Shown here piece after piece: positions 50,582 to 60,880 of a stretch of DNA of 64,000 bases. Numbering within the stretch: the stretch's first letter is position 1; the number at the start of each line of letters is the position of its first letter. Under the pieces are notes generated by a model. It was not told where the DNA came from. It did no database searches and was given only the letters and a program-made list of their open reading frames with translations. This DNA is from Acidobacteriota bacterium (GTDB lineage Bacteria; Acidobacteriota; UBA6911; RPQK01; JAJDTT01), in NCBI GenBank assembly GCA_965263035.1, contig OZ253580.1:3072001-3136000 (forward strand), given 5' to 3'. A program made the position numbers and the translations under genes.

Positions 50582-52360
50582 TCAGTTCGGGACGATCCGA
50601 TGGGTAGAGGTCGCCATCCTTCCGGTGAGACTCTGGCGGACCACGACCACCAGGTCGCGGGGCCCATCCGGCGCGTTTCCTGCCGCCACGGGAACGAAGT
50701 GCTTGTAGCGCAGGAATTTGTCCAGATCCTGCTGGTTGAAGTCCAGATCGATCTTCTCAACGAAGTAGAAGTTTTCTCCGACCCATTTCCCGGCGTCGTC
50801 GAAGAGTGCCCCGAACATTTCTATGACGCACCGGTTCTGTCCTCCCTGGGATCTGAAGATGAAGGCGCCGGTGGGAATTCGGGCCTGCACCTGCACCTGC
50901 CCCTTCCGGTTCAGGACCCGGGTATCGACGGGAAAGTCCTGGAACAGGTCGGGGAACTTGAAGGCGTTGGCCAGATCGACGGTTTCGGCTTCCCGCGGGT
51001 CCTCTTCGACGTAACCTTCCCGGTACCGCATCCGGATGCCTTTTCTTCTGACCTTAACCTTGATCTTGTGGAACTTGCCCTGCTTCCGGATCGAGGACGG
51101 GACATATCCCAAGAGGTAGTATTGGCTGCCGTCCCGGTAGGCACTGCGGATCGGGCGTTCCAGGTCGTTGTCGTCGGCGAACCAGAGCCCACCGGTCTCC
51201 ATAGAGAGGGAGGCCAGAAACTGGTGCGGGGCCGTGATGTCCTCGGTGGAGTAGGTCGGGTAGAGGTAATTGCCCGAACCTCTGTGTTCAGAGGTGCTGA
51301 TCGCGGGGACCATCAGACCTCGGGGATCGATACTGTACACCGAAACCTGGGCTCGATTGGCCTGGCGTACCGCCGACCCGAGCCGGTTGATCAGATGGGA
51401 GGATTCAGAGGCTCCCGCCATGTAGTTGTTGGCTGCCAGATGGATCAGGGTGATCTGTCCCGGAGAGTAGGCAATGGCTCGTTGGGAAATCAGGTGAGTG
51501 ACGGTGCGCTTGGCATCGAGAGGATAGCCGTTGGAGAAGTAGATCAGCTGCTTTCGTCCGGGCAGGGAGCCCAGATGCCGGGAGAGTGCGCCGATGGCGG
51601 CGCAGGTGAAGTCCAATTGCAGTTCGACCTTCACCACGAGAGCGCGGCCGTGGTCCGCTGCCTGAGAGATGGCTCCATTCAGATTCTGATCGAGTCTCTG
51701 CTCTCCTCCGGCCGCGGCCTGACCGGGATCGAAGGTGTCCAGGGCTCCCATCTCCATTCGGGCGAAGGAATGATCCAAACTCTCCACGAACCGGGCGATG
51801 CTGGTCTCTTCAAAATCTCTCGCGACCAGTTGGTCGAGGGTGGCGTCCAATCGGGAAATGTCGCTGGTGAAGGGCATTTCGACTCGAAACTGCGGCCGTA
51901 TGCTGGCCACCATCACCCGGTCGGTGGGAGCCAGTTCGGAGCGGGCGAACCGTCGTATGGATTCCTTGGCTCGTTCCAAACCATGAAAGGACATGGCCTG
52001 CAGGTCGAACAGGAAGGCGAAATAGCCCCTGTCCTGCGGGGTCGTGGGGAGAGATCTGGCGGCGAGGGCGGGTGTCGGAACGGCGCCCGTTCTGACGTCC
52101 GAAACCAGTTGTTCCTCGGACCCGGCCCGTCTGCGCAGGTCGAAGAAGGTCAGTCTCTGGAGCTTGCCGTCCTCGAAGACCTGAATTTCCTCCGGCTTCA
52201 GGTCGTGGACGAATTGTCCCCGCTTGTCGGTGACCACCAAGTCGACCAGGACGACCTCGGATTGGGCTCGGAAAGATGGAACGAGTTCCTGCTGGGCGTC
52301 GAGCGGGACCAGGGTGAACCCCAAGAGGCCGGCGGCCCACGACAGGCGGCGAAATCGCAT
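50582..52360 (-). CDS. Acidobacterial-type VWA domain protein
   Basis: VLVDLVVTDK, VYSIDPRGL, ETGG, YYLLGY, FHKIKV, YREGY. Confidence 0.9.
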   Translation of the reverse strand: MRFRRLSWAAGLLGFTLVPLDAQQELVPSFRAQSEVVLVDLVVTDKRGQFVHDLKPEEIQVFEDGKLQRLTFFDLRRRAGSEEQLVSDVRTGAVPTPALAARSLPTTPQDRGYFAFLFDLQAMSFHGLERAKESIRRFARSELAPTDRVMVASIRPQFRVEMPFTSDISRLDATLDQLVARDFEETSIARFVESLDHSFARMEMGALDTFDPGQAAAGGEQRLDQNLNGAISQAADHGRALVVKVELQLDFTCAAIGALSRHLGSLPGRKQLIYFSNGYPLDAKRTVTHLISQRAIAYSPGQITLIHLAANNYMAGASESSHLINRLGSAVRQANRAQVSVYSIDPRGLMVPAISTSEHRGSGNYLYPTYSTEDITAPHQFLASLSMETGGLWFADDNDLERPIRSAYRDGSQYYLLGYVPSSIRKQGKFHKIKVKVRRKGIRMRYREGYVEEDPREAETVDLANAFKFPDLFQDFPVDTRVLNRKGQVQVQARIPTGAFIFRSQGGQNRCVIEMFGALFDDAGKWVGENFYFVEKIDLDFNQQDLDKFLRYKHFVPVAAGNAPDGPRDLVVVVRQSLTGRMATSTHRIVPN

Positions 52361-52490
52361 GGCGGCAACAGATAGGACTTCGATTCCGGTCACAGAATAC
52401 AGATGGGCATTTTATCAGGCCCGGTCTTCGAATGAAGCCGGGATTTTTCCAGGGCCCAACTTTGCGGACTGCCTCCGGTATACTCACGTC

Positions 52491-53015
52491 GTGAGATTCA
52501 TCTTTCCGGCCGCTCTGCTCTGGGCGGTCTTGTTGCCTGGAGTGATGCCGGCACAGGATTCCGAGTCGCCGGTCTCGGCTCGCAACTTCCTCTGGATCAA
52601 CCGGGACTACTGTACCGGCGGCCAACCGGCCCACCAGGACCTGATCCGGCTGAAGCAGAAAGGGGTCCACTCGGTCTTGAACCTGCGGACCGCCGCCGAG
52701 GACCCCGGCGTGGCGAAAGAGGGAGCTGCCGTGCAGGCGCTTGGACTCAAATATTTCCATCTTCCGGTGGACTCGAATCACCTGACTCCGAAGCTGGGAG
52801 ACGAGTTTCTGCGGATCGTGTCGGATGAGTCGAACCGGCCCCTCTTCATTCATTGCGCCAGCGCCAATCGGGTCGGAGCGTTCTGGATTCTTCACCGAGT
52901 GGTCAACCATGGCTGGAGCATGGCGAAGGCGGAGGAAGAGGCCCGGAAGATCGGCCTGCGATCCAAGAAGTTGCTCGAGTTCGCCAGGAAGTACCTCGAA
53001 CAGGCTGGCCATTGA
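52491..53015 (+). CDS. secreted DUF442/PTP-like phosphatase-fold protein
   Basis: GGQP, VLNLR, HCASANR (CX5R); TATACT -10 just before GTG 52491. Confidence 0.85.
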   Translation: MRFIFPAALLWAVLLPGVMPAQDSESPVSARNFLWINRDYCTGGQPAHQDLIRLKQKGVHSVLNLRTAAEDPGVAKEGAAVQALGLKYFHLPVDSNHLTPKLGDEFLRIVSDESNRPLFIHCASANRVGAFWILHRVVNHGWSMAKAEEEARKIGLRSKKLLEFARKYLEQAGH

Positions 53016-53033
53016 ATGCCCGGGAGGTCTGAT

Positions 53034-55889
53034 ATGCGCTGGAATCTGGGGCTGACCTTGCTTTTTCTGCCTTGCGCCGTTGCGGCCTGGGGCCAGACGG
53101 AGACGAAGGTCTGGAAGGAATCCAGCTTCGAGGATTTCGTTGACGGCAGCTTTGGAGACGGCGGAGCCAACACCTACGTGTCCCGGCGGGGACGCATCCA
53201 ATTGGTGAATCGATGGGATCTCAACCAGGATGGATTCATCGACCTGGTCTTTTCCAACACCCATCCCCACAGGGAGAAGATGGACGCGGCCATCTATTGG
53301 GGAAACGGCAGGGACTTCGACGTGTCCCGCCGTTCCTTCATCCCCAATGACGGCGCCCAGTGGGCGGCGGCCGGCGATCTGAACGGGGACGGCCGGATGG
53401 ACGTGGTCTTCCCCAACTACACTAACGGCACCTGGGACGGCATGGACTCGTTCATCTATTTTGGCGGGATCGAGGAGTTGAAGAACCGCCGGGCCGACTC
53501 GGCGTGGGGATTCCACCCCTTTTCCAGGAAGATCACCCTTCCGTCGCGGGCGGCCCAGGGAGCCGCCGTGGCCGATCTGAACCGTGACGGGCACCCCGAC
53601 GTGGTCCTGGCTTTGTCCGCCGGATTCTGGGAGTACCGTGTCGGATTTCGGGGAGGGGGTTACGATTCGCCGTCCCGCATCTTCTGGGGCTCCGCCCAAG
53701 GTCCGGACCGGGAGCGCTACGTGGATGTCCCGGCGCTGGGGGCCTCGGACGCCGCCGTGGCCGATCTGAACCAGGATGGATGGCCCGATCTCATCCTGGC
53801 CAACCAGGAGGACAAGGGAAACCAGGACATCGACTCTTATGTTCTATGGGGCGGTGAGGAGGGATTCAGTCCCCGGCGCAAGGTGGATCTTCCCACCCAT
53901 CAGGCGTTCGCCGTGGAAGCGGCCGACGTGAATGGCGACGGCCACACGGACCTGGTGATCGCCAACGGGAAGGGCCCGGCTTCTTTCGTCTATCTCAACG
54001 GTGAGGAGGGCTTCTCGGCCGAGAGGCGACTGGAGCTTCCCACCAGCGATGCCCGCGACACCGCAGTGGCCGATTTCAACGGCGACGGCCACCACGACAT
54101 CTTCTTCACCAATCATCAGTCCCACGGCAACCCTCTCACCTATTCCTATCTGTATTGGGGCTCGGGCGAAGGCTTTTCCGAGGACCGGCGGCAGGAGTTC
54201 GAGACGGTGGGAGCGTGGGGCGTCTCGGCAGCCGATCTGAATCGGGACGGGCACGTCGACCTGGTCATCTCCAACTACAAGGAACACTTTTCGTTCGAGG
54301 TCCCCTCCTACATCCAATGGAACTCGGAACAGGGATTCGCTCCCACCCGGCGCACCTCCCTTTTCACCCAGGGCGCGGTGGGAAACCTGGTGACCGACTT
54401 CAACGGCGACGGCCATCTGGACGTCCTCTTCAACAACACGGTGGCGCGCAGCCGGGGTGGAAACAGTCCCGTTTTCGTCTACTGGGGAGATGCCCAGGGC
54501 CAATACAGTGTCGAGCGGCGAATCTCCCTGCCCGCCGTCGACCCCTATGAATGGGGATCGGCGGACCTGGACGACGACGGCTGGACCGATCTGGTGGTCT
54601 CCAACTTCGGAGAGACGGTCCGATGGCGCCAGGAGAGCCACGTTTACTGGGGTGATCCGGACGGGTTCCAAGTCAACAACCGGTCCGCCCTGATGGGACG
54701 CGGCAGCGCCGGCGTGAGCATTGCCGATCTGGACCGGGACGGATGGCTGGACGTGGTTCTGTCCAACGTCCCCAGTGACGAGTTGGCGGAAAAAGGGGCG
54801 TTCGTCTACTGGGGCGGCGGCGAAGGTTTCGTGGTCACCGAGCGGCTGGAACTGGACAACGGACCCACCGGCATCCCGGCCATTGCCGACCTGAACCGGG
54901 ACGGACACCTGGACCTCGTTTTCTCGGCCAACGCAGAGGGCGTCCCCATCTATTGGGGCGACGGAAGCCGCGGCTATTCCTCGTCGCGCCGTGGCATCGT
55001 TCCCGGGTCGTCCGGCCTCCGGGGCGCGGAGGTCGCCGACCTGAATCGGGACGGAGTGCTCGATCTGGTCTTGAGCCGTGGCATCGAGGGGGGCTCCCGG
55101 TTGACCACGGGGTTCGTCTACTGGGGTGCGGGAGAGGGAGAATACTCGGCCGACCGGCGCACTGTATTCGAGATCGAGGGGACCAACCTGGTGACGGTGG
55201 CGGACGTGAACCAGGATGGATGGCTGGACCTCGTGTGCCCCAATTACAACACCGGATCGAGCCGGGCGACTCTCTCACGGGTGCATCTGGGCGGACCTGA
55301 CGGGTTCGACCCGAAGCGGATGTTCGAGTTGCCCACCAATTCCGGAGCCGGGAGCATGGTGGCGGACTTCAACCAGGACGGATATGCCGACATTCTCTTC
55401 GTCTGCCACCGTTCCGAGGGGAACGCCAACCGGATCGGCTCGTTCGGCGATCATGCCACCAACTCCTTCCTCTACTGGGGAGGGGGCGATGGCTTCCGGG
55501 CCGACCGCCGGCTGGAGATTCCGGTCCGCGGACCCCATAACGACTCGGGAGTGGACCTGGGCAACATCTACGACCGGCGATTCGAGTTCGACTATGTCTC
55601 GTCAGTCCACTCGTTCGCCGAGGGCCGTCCGGCGAATCTGACCTGGAAGGCTCAGACGCCCCTGGGCAGCCGAGTGCGTTTCCAGATCAGGACGGCCGAG
55701 TCGGAAGCAGAATTGGCCGGCGCCGCGTGGCGGGGACCCGGCGGTCCGGCGACCTTCTTCGAACATCCCTCCAATATCCCGCATACGGATCCATCGCACT
55801 CGGTGATTCAATACCGGGCGACTCTCCATACCGCTCCCACAGGAGTCGTATCGCCGATCCTGGAAGAAGTGGTCGTGCTGTTCCGGTAG
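53034..55889 (+). CDS. secreted FG-GAP/VCBS repeat protein
   Basis: Many AD(L/F)N.DG..D repeats and YWG motifs; signal peptide. Confidence 0.92.
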   Translation: MRWNLGLTLLFLPCAVAAWGQTETKVWKESSFEDFVDGSFGDGGANTYVSRRGRIQLVNRWDLNQDGFIDLVFSNTHPHREKMDAAIYWGNGRDFDVSRRSFIPNDGAQWAAAGDLNGDGRMDVVFPNYTNGTWDGMDSFIYFGGIEELKNRRADSAWGFHPFSRKITLPSRAAQGAAVADLNRDGHPDVVLALSAGFWEYRVGFRGGGYDSPSRIFWGSAQGPDRERYVDVPALGASDAAVADLNQDGWPDLILANQEDKGNQDIDSYVLWGGEEGFSPRRKVDLPTHQAFAVEAADVNGDGHTDLVIANGKGPASFVYLNGEEGFSAERRLELPTSDARDTAVADFNGDGHHDIFFTNHQSHGNPLTYSYLYWGSGEGFSEDRRQEFETVGAWGVSAADLNRDGHVDLVISNYKEHFSFEVPSYIQWNSEQGFAPTRRTSLFTQGAVGNLVTDFNGDGHLDVLFNNTVARSRGGNSPVFVYWGDAQGQYSVERRISLPAVDPYEWGSADLDDDGWTDLVVSNFGETVRWRQESHVYWGDPDGFQVNNRSALMGRGSAGVSIADLDRDGWLDVVLSNVPSDELAEKGAFVYWGGGEGFVVTERLELDNGPTGIPAIADLNRDGHLDLVFSANAEGVPIYWGDGSRGYSSSRRGIVPGSSGLRGAEVADLNRDGVLDLVLSRGIEGGSRLTTGFVYWGAGEGEYSADRRTVFEIEGTNLVTVADVNQDGWLDLVCPNYNTGSSRATLSRVHLGGPDGFDPKRMFELPTNSGAGSMVADFNQDGYADILFVCHRSEGNANRIGSFGDHATNSFLYWGGGDGFRADRRLEIPVRGPHNDSGVDLGNIYDRRFEFDYVSSVHSFAEGRPANLTWKAQTPLGSRVRFQIRTAESEAELAGAAWRGPGGPATFFEHPSNIPHTDPSHSVIQYRATLHTAPTGVVSPILEEVVVLFR

Positions 55890-56089
55890 GACATCCGCTC
55901 CCAGGTTCGCTCGCAACCGGGCATCTGTGGGACTAACCCTTCAGGCGGGGCCGAGGACTCGGCTCTGATTGCTCGGCCTGGAGAACGGGGTATGCTGACG
56001 GCAGGCGGGCAGCGCCAACGACTCGTGGTCGCCGGTTTCGGCATGGTGGCTCCTGGGTTCCGCAGGGCAGAAACCCTGGCGGCGATTCT

Positions 56090-56250
56090 CGCCGGCCGCC
56101 GGAGCCGATTCCTCGGATATACGGCGGCCATCCGGTGGCGACTCGCCGGCGTGCGTGACCTGCCACAACGCCCACAAGGACAGTCCGCGCAACGACTTCG
56201 AATTGGGGAAGACCATGGGGGCCGTCGTCATCCGCATCCGATTGGGATAA
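56090..56250 (+). pseudogene. remnant of a DUF3365 (Tll0287-like) c-type heme protein
   Basis: PACVTCHNAHKDSPRNDFELGKTMGAVVIRIRLG* ending at 56250; upstream part frameshifted. Confidence 0.7.
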
Positions 56251-56265
56251 TCCTTCGGTCCCGCT

Positions 56266-56500
56266 TCAATCTCTACCCGCGTCACTCGCCGGGTCCCGTG
56301 GCGCCACCAGTTTCACCGAAGCTCCGGTATCGACCAGAATCACTCGCTTTTCCCCGCGTGTGAGCCGCATCACGTCACTGGTGCTGAGACCACGGTCCGC
56401 AACTCCGCGCGCGCTCCGGAGGCGTTGCTCGATGAGCGCTCGTTTGCTCGGCACAGGACGGTTCACCATGTCACCGTCAGACTCAGGTTTGGATGCCATA
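56266..56500 (-). pseudogene. decayed vapBC toxin-antitoxin remnant
   Basis: Antitoxin-like tail RGVADRGLSTSDVMRLTRGE fused to a PIN-domain start VILVDT, then truncated. Confidence 0.6.
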
Positions 56501-57689
56501 CGTCTCCATGGCGGTCCCACCCCGGATCTGGGCGACGTCGCTTTCGCTCATGTACGGGCACCGCTCCTTGATGTAGTCGAACTGGTGCCGGTACTGCCCG
56601 ACGGTCGGAAGATTCGCGTGGGTGTACTCGGAGCCCCACATCAGCTTGGCCGGGCCGAAGGTGTCGTAAAACGCCTTGAGCACCACGTCCCCGGGTCCGT
56701 ACAGGTCGGACCTGTGCTGGAGTCCGGTGAGGAGCTCCAGGACCACGTTGTAGTTTCTGACCCCCTCGACGACCGCTTCAGGAATTCGGACGGAGCTGTC
56801 GTCCTGGAGACAGCTGGGCGGCCAAATGCCGTGGATGAGGACCACCTTCAGATCCGGGAACCGTTTGACTAGGAGTCTGCGCGGTAGAAATGATCGTAGC
56901 GAGAAAGTGGGGAATCGAGGCCAGATTTTCTCGATTTTGAGGTGCATAGTTGTTCTATTCGCCGAGAAATCGAGGAAATATGGACCGATTCTACCGCTTT
57001 CGCAGTAGGTGAATTTCTGCGGCGCAGGCTCCTAGGTTCAAGACGGCGGGCCCCAGGGTCTGGAAATTGTCTGCATAAGACGTGATGCAGGCGGGGACGC
57101 CCAGTGACTGGACCAGTTCCCATTGAGGGTCGTAACGGGGATGGTCGAAGTGGTAGAAGGGATCGGGGGTGCCCCACTCCTTGGGGTCCATCCCCATTTT
57201 CACCCTCTGCTCCGGGGGCCAGCAGTCGTAGTACCAGCCCTTGAAGCCCCATTCCTCGACGTGTTGCTGGATCAGCTTCAGCCCGCGGTCACCCGGCAGC
57301 AGCCGTTCGTCGATCTTGCTGATGGCGACGAACCGGTCCGGATGTTCCTTCATCACTCGGCGGTGATATCGATGCAGGTAGTAGGAGCATTGGAGCACCT
57401 GCACGTCGATGCCGACGGCATCCATCAGGTAGAGGTTGTCCCGGTGGGACATCCCGTACTTGAACTCCCTGTCGTACCGTCCGTCCAGGTCCTGGATCTC
57501 AACTTGACTGATGTGGCCATGCGCATCGATCTTCAGGGACCGGTCGTCCTGCCTGTTCTGACTTGAGATGCTCGCGCTTCGCGCCTCGGCTCCGGCAAGA
57601 TGGGCCGCGGCGGCGGTTCCCAGGACCATGGCCGATCGGTGAAGAAAACCGCGGCGAGTCTGAACGCCGTCAATCCGAGAACTGCGCAT
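56483..57689 (-). pseudogene. Tat-exported amidohydrolase family gene interrupted by a MITE
   Basis: TRRGFL, IDAHGH, LMWGSEY; removing 163 nt restores ...VLNLVKRFPDLK... (347 aa). Confidence 0.88.
56869..57035. mobile_element. MITE at a CTAG target (IS5-like ends)
   Basis: CTAG-GAGTCTGCGC ... GCGCAGGCTC-CTAG; no transposase; splits an ORF. Confidence 0.9.
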
Positions 57690-57761
57690 GAATCACCTCC
57701 TGGACCGGGGGAGATAATGATCTTGAAACTTCACGGAAGATTCGGAGTGCGACGGTTCGTA

Positions 57762-59495
57762 TCAATATTCCGGCCGCGGTTCAGCGTCTGGGTCCAATCC
57801 CCCGCTCCTTTGGCCCGCGGTCTTAACCCATCCCTGCGGCCGGAGAACCACGTCCAGAAAACTGGTCCGATCATTCTGAATCATCACCAGTTTCGGACGA
57901 ACCGTCGCCATTTCCGGTTGGGTCCTTCCCGGCTCCTGAGTCCGGTCCAACTCCGGGCGCGAGTGGAAGCTCAAGGAGTAGAGGCCCGGCGGGATTTCTT
58001 CAAGGCTGAATCGTCCCTCCTGGGAGAAGCTTCTGAAGATCCCCAGGTCGAAGCCGTCCTTTCTCAATACGATGGTGAAATCCCGCACGGGGATCCCGTC
58101 GGAATCAGCGACGTTCCCCTCGACCCGCCCCCCGCCCCTGACCCGGAGATCGATGTTGGCCTGGTAGGACCGGATCACCTTGGCCTCCGTGATGCCGCGT
58201 CCCAGGTGGAGGGCCGTGGCATAGATGCGAAAGGGATATTCGGTGGCGTGGTAGGTCTGTGGCGACTTCGATCTGTCGATGTTGCCGGCGACCGGGGAGA
58301 CGACACCCTTGCCGCTCTCCAGTGCGGTCCCGATCACGAAGGGGTCCGCCACGATCCGTCCCTTGCCGTCGTAGACTTGAACCGTGAAGCTCCGGTACTT
58401 CTTGTATCTCTGCAGGACGGGAAAGATCTTGGTGTCCTGAGTCACCTCGTGGGTCTGCCAGTATGTCTTGTGGTCCTTGAATTCGACCTCCAGTGTGGTG
58501 ATGCTTGGAGGGAAAATGAATTCGAAGTGGCCGTCGGAACCGGTGGTGGCGCCAGCACGTCCCCGTGGTCCGGACTTGGTACTGACTCCCAGCTTAACGC
58601 TTGCGCCGGCCAGGGGAAGTCCCTCCCCATCGGAAACCCGGCCCGACAGCCGGACGAGCTCGTCCCATTCCGCCAGGACTATTTCGAGAGGTCCCGGAGT
58701 GGGAACCTGGACTGCGTCCTCATAATGCTGATGTGTCAGTGAGAATACATGGAGTTCGTAGGTCCCTTCCGGGGCTTCCAGCGAGAAGACACCGTTCTGA
58801 TCCGTCTCGGCATGGCTGGGTATAGTCATGCTTCTCACGAGCCGGTTCCAATCTCGAAATGGGATGTGTACGGGCCTCCGTAAGGGCCAGAAGGGACGTT
58901 TACCCGTCTTTAGCTGAGTCCCCAGAGAAACGATGACTCCCGGAACCACTCGGCCTGCCTCGTCATGCACCGACCCGGTCACCCGGAATCCCGGTGGATC
59001 TCCAGGCGTCAGGACAATGGTGCGCTGAGCCATCGATCCCTCAGCTGCGAAACCGGCGTTGTCGGAAACGTACTCGGGATGGTCCGCCCAAAGCCAGTAC
59101 TGTCCGCGGTCCAGTTCGAAAGAGGCCCTTCCATCGGGTCCGGTCTGCCCCGCCAATTTTCTGGATGGCGACCACACCTCCGTGATCTGAACCGTTGCTT
59201 CCGGCAGGGGGACTTGCGTTTCTTCATCGACCACCAGGATCTCGAGACGGGTTAGCGCATCGGTCCAGGGTCCCGCCCTCTTCGCGGTCCCGCCCGGGGG
59301 TAACCCGTGAGGTCTTTTCTCGCCGCTGCCGTACGGCGAAGGCCGCCGCACCCTGTCCTCGTCTCGTTGCGTCTGGATCTGGGAATTGGAGTGGGAATGG
59401 GACACGTACTCCGGATCTGGTCCGCCGTCGCGGAGAAGAAGGAAAACCAGGATCATCGCCAGTGGGAGCAGCAGGAATCGACGGGACCTGCCCAT
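57762..59495 (-). CDS. carboxypeptidase-regulatory-like repeat membrane protein
   Basis: N-terminal TM; repeated G.V.D..G.P...A.V and T..DG.F modules. Confidence 0.8.
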   Translation of the reverse strand: MGRSRRFLLLPLAMILVFLLLRDGGPDPEYVSHSHSNSQIQTQRDEDRVRRPSPYGSGEKRPHGLPPGGTAKRAGPWTDALTRLEILVVDEETQVPLPEATVQITEVWSPSRKLAGQTGPDGRASFELDRGQYWLWADHPEYVSDNAGFAAEGSMAQRTIVLTPGDPPGFRVTGSVHDEAGRVVPGVIVSLGTQLKTGKRPFWPLRRPVHIPFRDWNRLVRSMTIPSHAETDQNGVFSLEAPEGTYELHVFSLTHQHYEDAVQVPTPGPLEIVLAEWDELVRLSGRVSDGEGLPLAGASVKLGVSTKSGPRGRAGATTGSDGHFEFIFPPSITTLEVEFKDHKTYWQTHEVTQDTKIFPVLQRYKKYRSFTVQVYDGKGRIVADPFVIGTALESGKGVVSPVAGNIDRSKSPQTYHATEYPFRIYATALHLGRGITEAKVIRSYQANIDLRVRGGGRVEGNVADSDGIPVRDFTIVLRKDGFDLGIFRSFSQEGRFSLEEIPPGLYSLSFHSRPELDRTQEPGRTQPEMATVRPKLVMIQNDRTSFLDVVLRPQGWVKTAGQRSGGLDPDAEPRPEY

Positions 59496-59526
59496 GTTAC
59501 GTCTCCGGGCGGTGCGTCAGAGGGCT

Positions 59527-59602
59527 TGGAGGCGGCGACCGGACTCGAACCGGTGAATGGAGGTTTTGCAGACCTCTCCCTTAGCCACTTGGGTACGCCG
59601 CC
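59527..59602 (-). tRNA. tRNA-Cys(GCA)
   Basis: Acceptor GGCGGCG/CGCCGCC, anticodon loop CTGCAAA, TTCGAGT, CCA; TATAAT upstream. Confidence 0.98.
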
Positions 59603-59728
59603 ATCGGTTCTGCCCATTATAGGGAACGCCGGAATTGGAACTCAAATGGTGGGGATGCCAAGACCCGCAGGATTCTTGACCGGTTGGGGTAATTCCAATA
59701 GCGTGTGACCCATGTCGGCGTGGGCTCC

Positions 59729-60880
59729 ATGAGAACTCTCGGTCGGGAATTGGAGCAGCGCCTCGAGCGAGTTCGCTCGTCCGGGCTCTACCGATCCCTT
59801 GAGGAAGTGTCCCCCGAGCTAGAGGACTTCTGCTCCAACGACTACCTTGATCTGTCCCGCGACCCCCGGCTGAGGGCGTTCCTGATCGAGCGCCTGCAAG
59901 AGGAGGCCGGGTCCCGTCCCGTCTCCGCCCCGTCCTCCCGGCTGCTGCGGGGAAGCACGCGGCATCACCGCCGCCTGGAGGACAAGCTGGCCCGCTTCAA
60001 GGGAACCGAAGCCGCCCTCGTCTTCCCCAGCGGTTATCAGGCCAACCTGGGTCTCTTGTCCGCACTCATCGGTCCCCGGGACCGAGTGGTTTCGGACCGG
60101 CTCAACCATGCCAGCATCATCGACGGTCTGCGTTTGAGCGGGGCGCGGAGAATCGTTCATCGCCACCGGGATCTGGAGGCGGTGCGAACCGCTCTCGCGA
60201 CTCCCCATCCGCGTGGCCGGACCTTTCTGGTCACCGAGTCCCTCTTCAGCATGGATGGAGACATCGCACCATTGGACCAGTACGCCGACCTGGCGGAAGC
60301 GTGGGGAGCCGATCTGATCGTGGATGACTCCCATGCCACCGGGCTCTTCGGCGCCCGGAGAGGGTCGGGTCTGACGGAGCATTTCGGAATCGAGAAACGG
60401 GCTGCGGCCATCGTCTCGGGGTGTGGCAAGGGCCTGGGAGTGGCCGGCGCCTTCGTGGCCGGCCCCCGAACCGTCATCGAGTACCTGATCAATGCTTGCC
60501 GCAGCTTCATCTTCACCACGTCCACGCCGCCGCTTCTCCTCTACGCGTTGGAAGCGGCTCTGGAGATCATTCGGAGCGACCCGGGACGCCGGGAACGGGT
60601 CCTGAAACTTTCCCGGCGCCTGCGCCGGAAACTGAGAGCTCAGGGACTGGACACCTTGGACAGTGCGGGACCCATCGTGCCGGTCATCCTGGGGGACAAC
60701 CGCCGTGCCCTGGCCGTCGCCCAGCGGCTTCGAGACGGGGGCATGGACGTGAGGGCGCTTCGTCCCCCCACGGTGCCGGCCGGGACCGCACGGCTGCGGA
60801 TCTCGATTCACGCCAACCATACTCCCGAGCAGTTGGATCGACTTTGCCGGACACTGGCTGAAGCCCTAGAGGCCGTTTGA
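59729..60880 (+). CDS. bioF: 8-amino-7-oxononanoate synthase
   Basis: FCSNDYL, SGYQAN, LNHASIIDG, ESLFSMDGD, RPPTVP. Confidence 0.93.
   Translation: MRTLGRELEQRLERVRSSGLYRSLEEVSPELEDFCSNDYLDLSRDPRLRAFLIERLQEEAGSRPVSAPSSRLLRGSTRHHRRLEDKLARFKGTEAALVFPSGYQANLGLLSALIGPRDRVVSDRLNHASIIDGLRLSGARRIVHRHRDLEAVRTALATPHPRGRTFLVTESLFSMDGDIAPLDQYADLAEAWGADLIVDDSHATGLFGARRGSGLTEHFGIEKRAAAIVSGCGKGLGVAGAFVAGPRTVIEYLINACRSFIFTTSTPPLLLYALEAALEIIRSDPGRRERVLKLSRRLRRKLRAQGLDTLDSAGPIVPVILGDNRRALAVAQRLRDGGMDVRALRPPTVPAGTARLRISIHANHTPEQLDRLCRTLAEALEAV

Noticed and set aside
55939-55965. Possible att copy of the tRNA-Cys 3' end (AGGCGG...GGACTCG)
   Set aside because: Short, gapped match expected by chance in GC-rich DNA; no integrase in the window.
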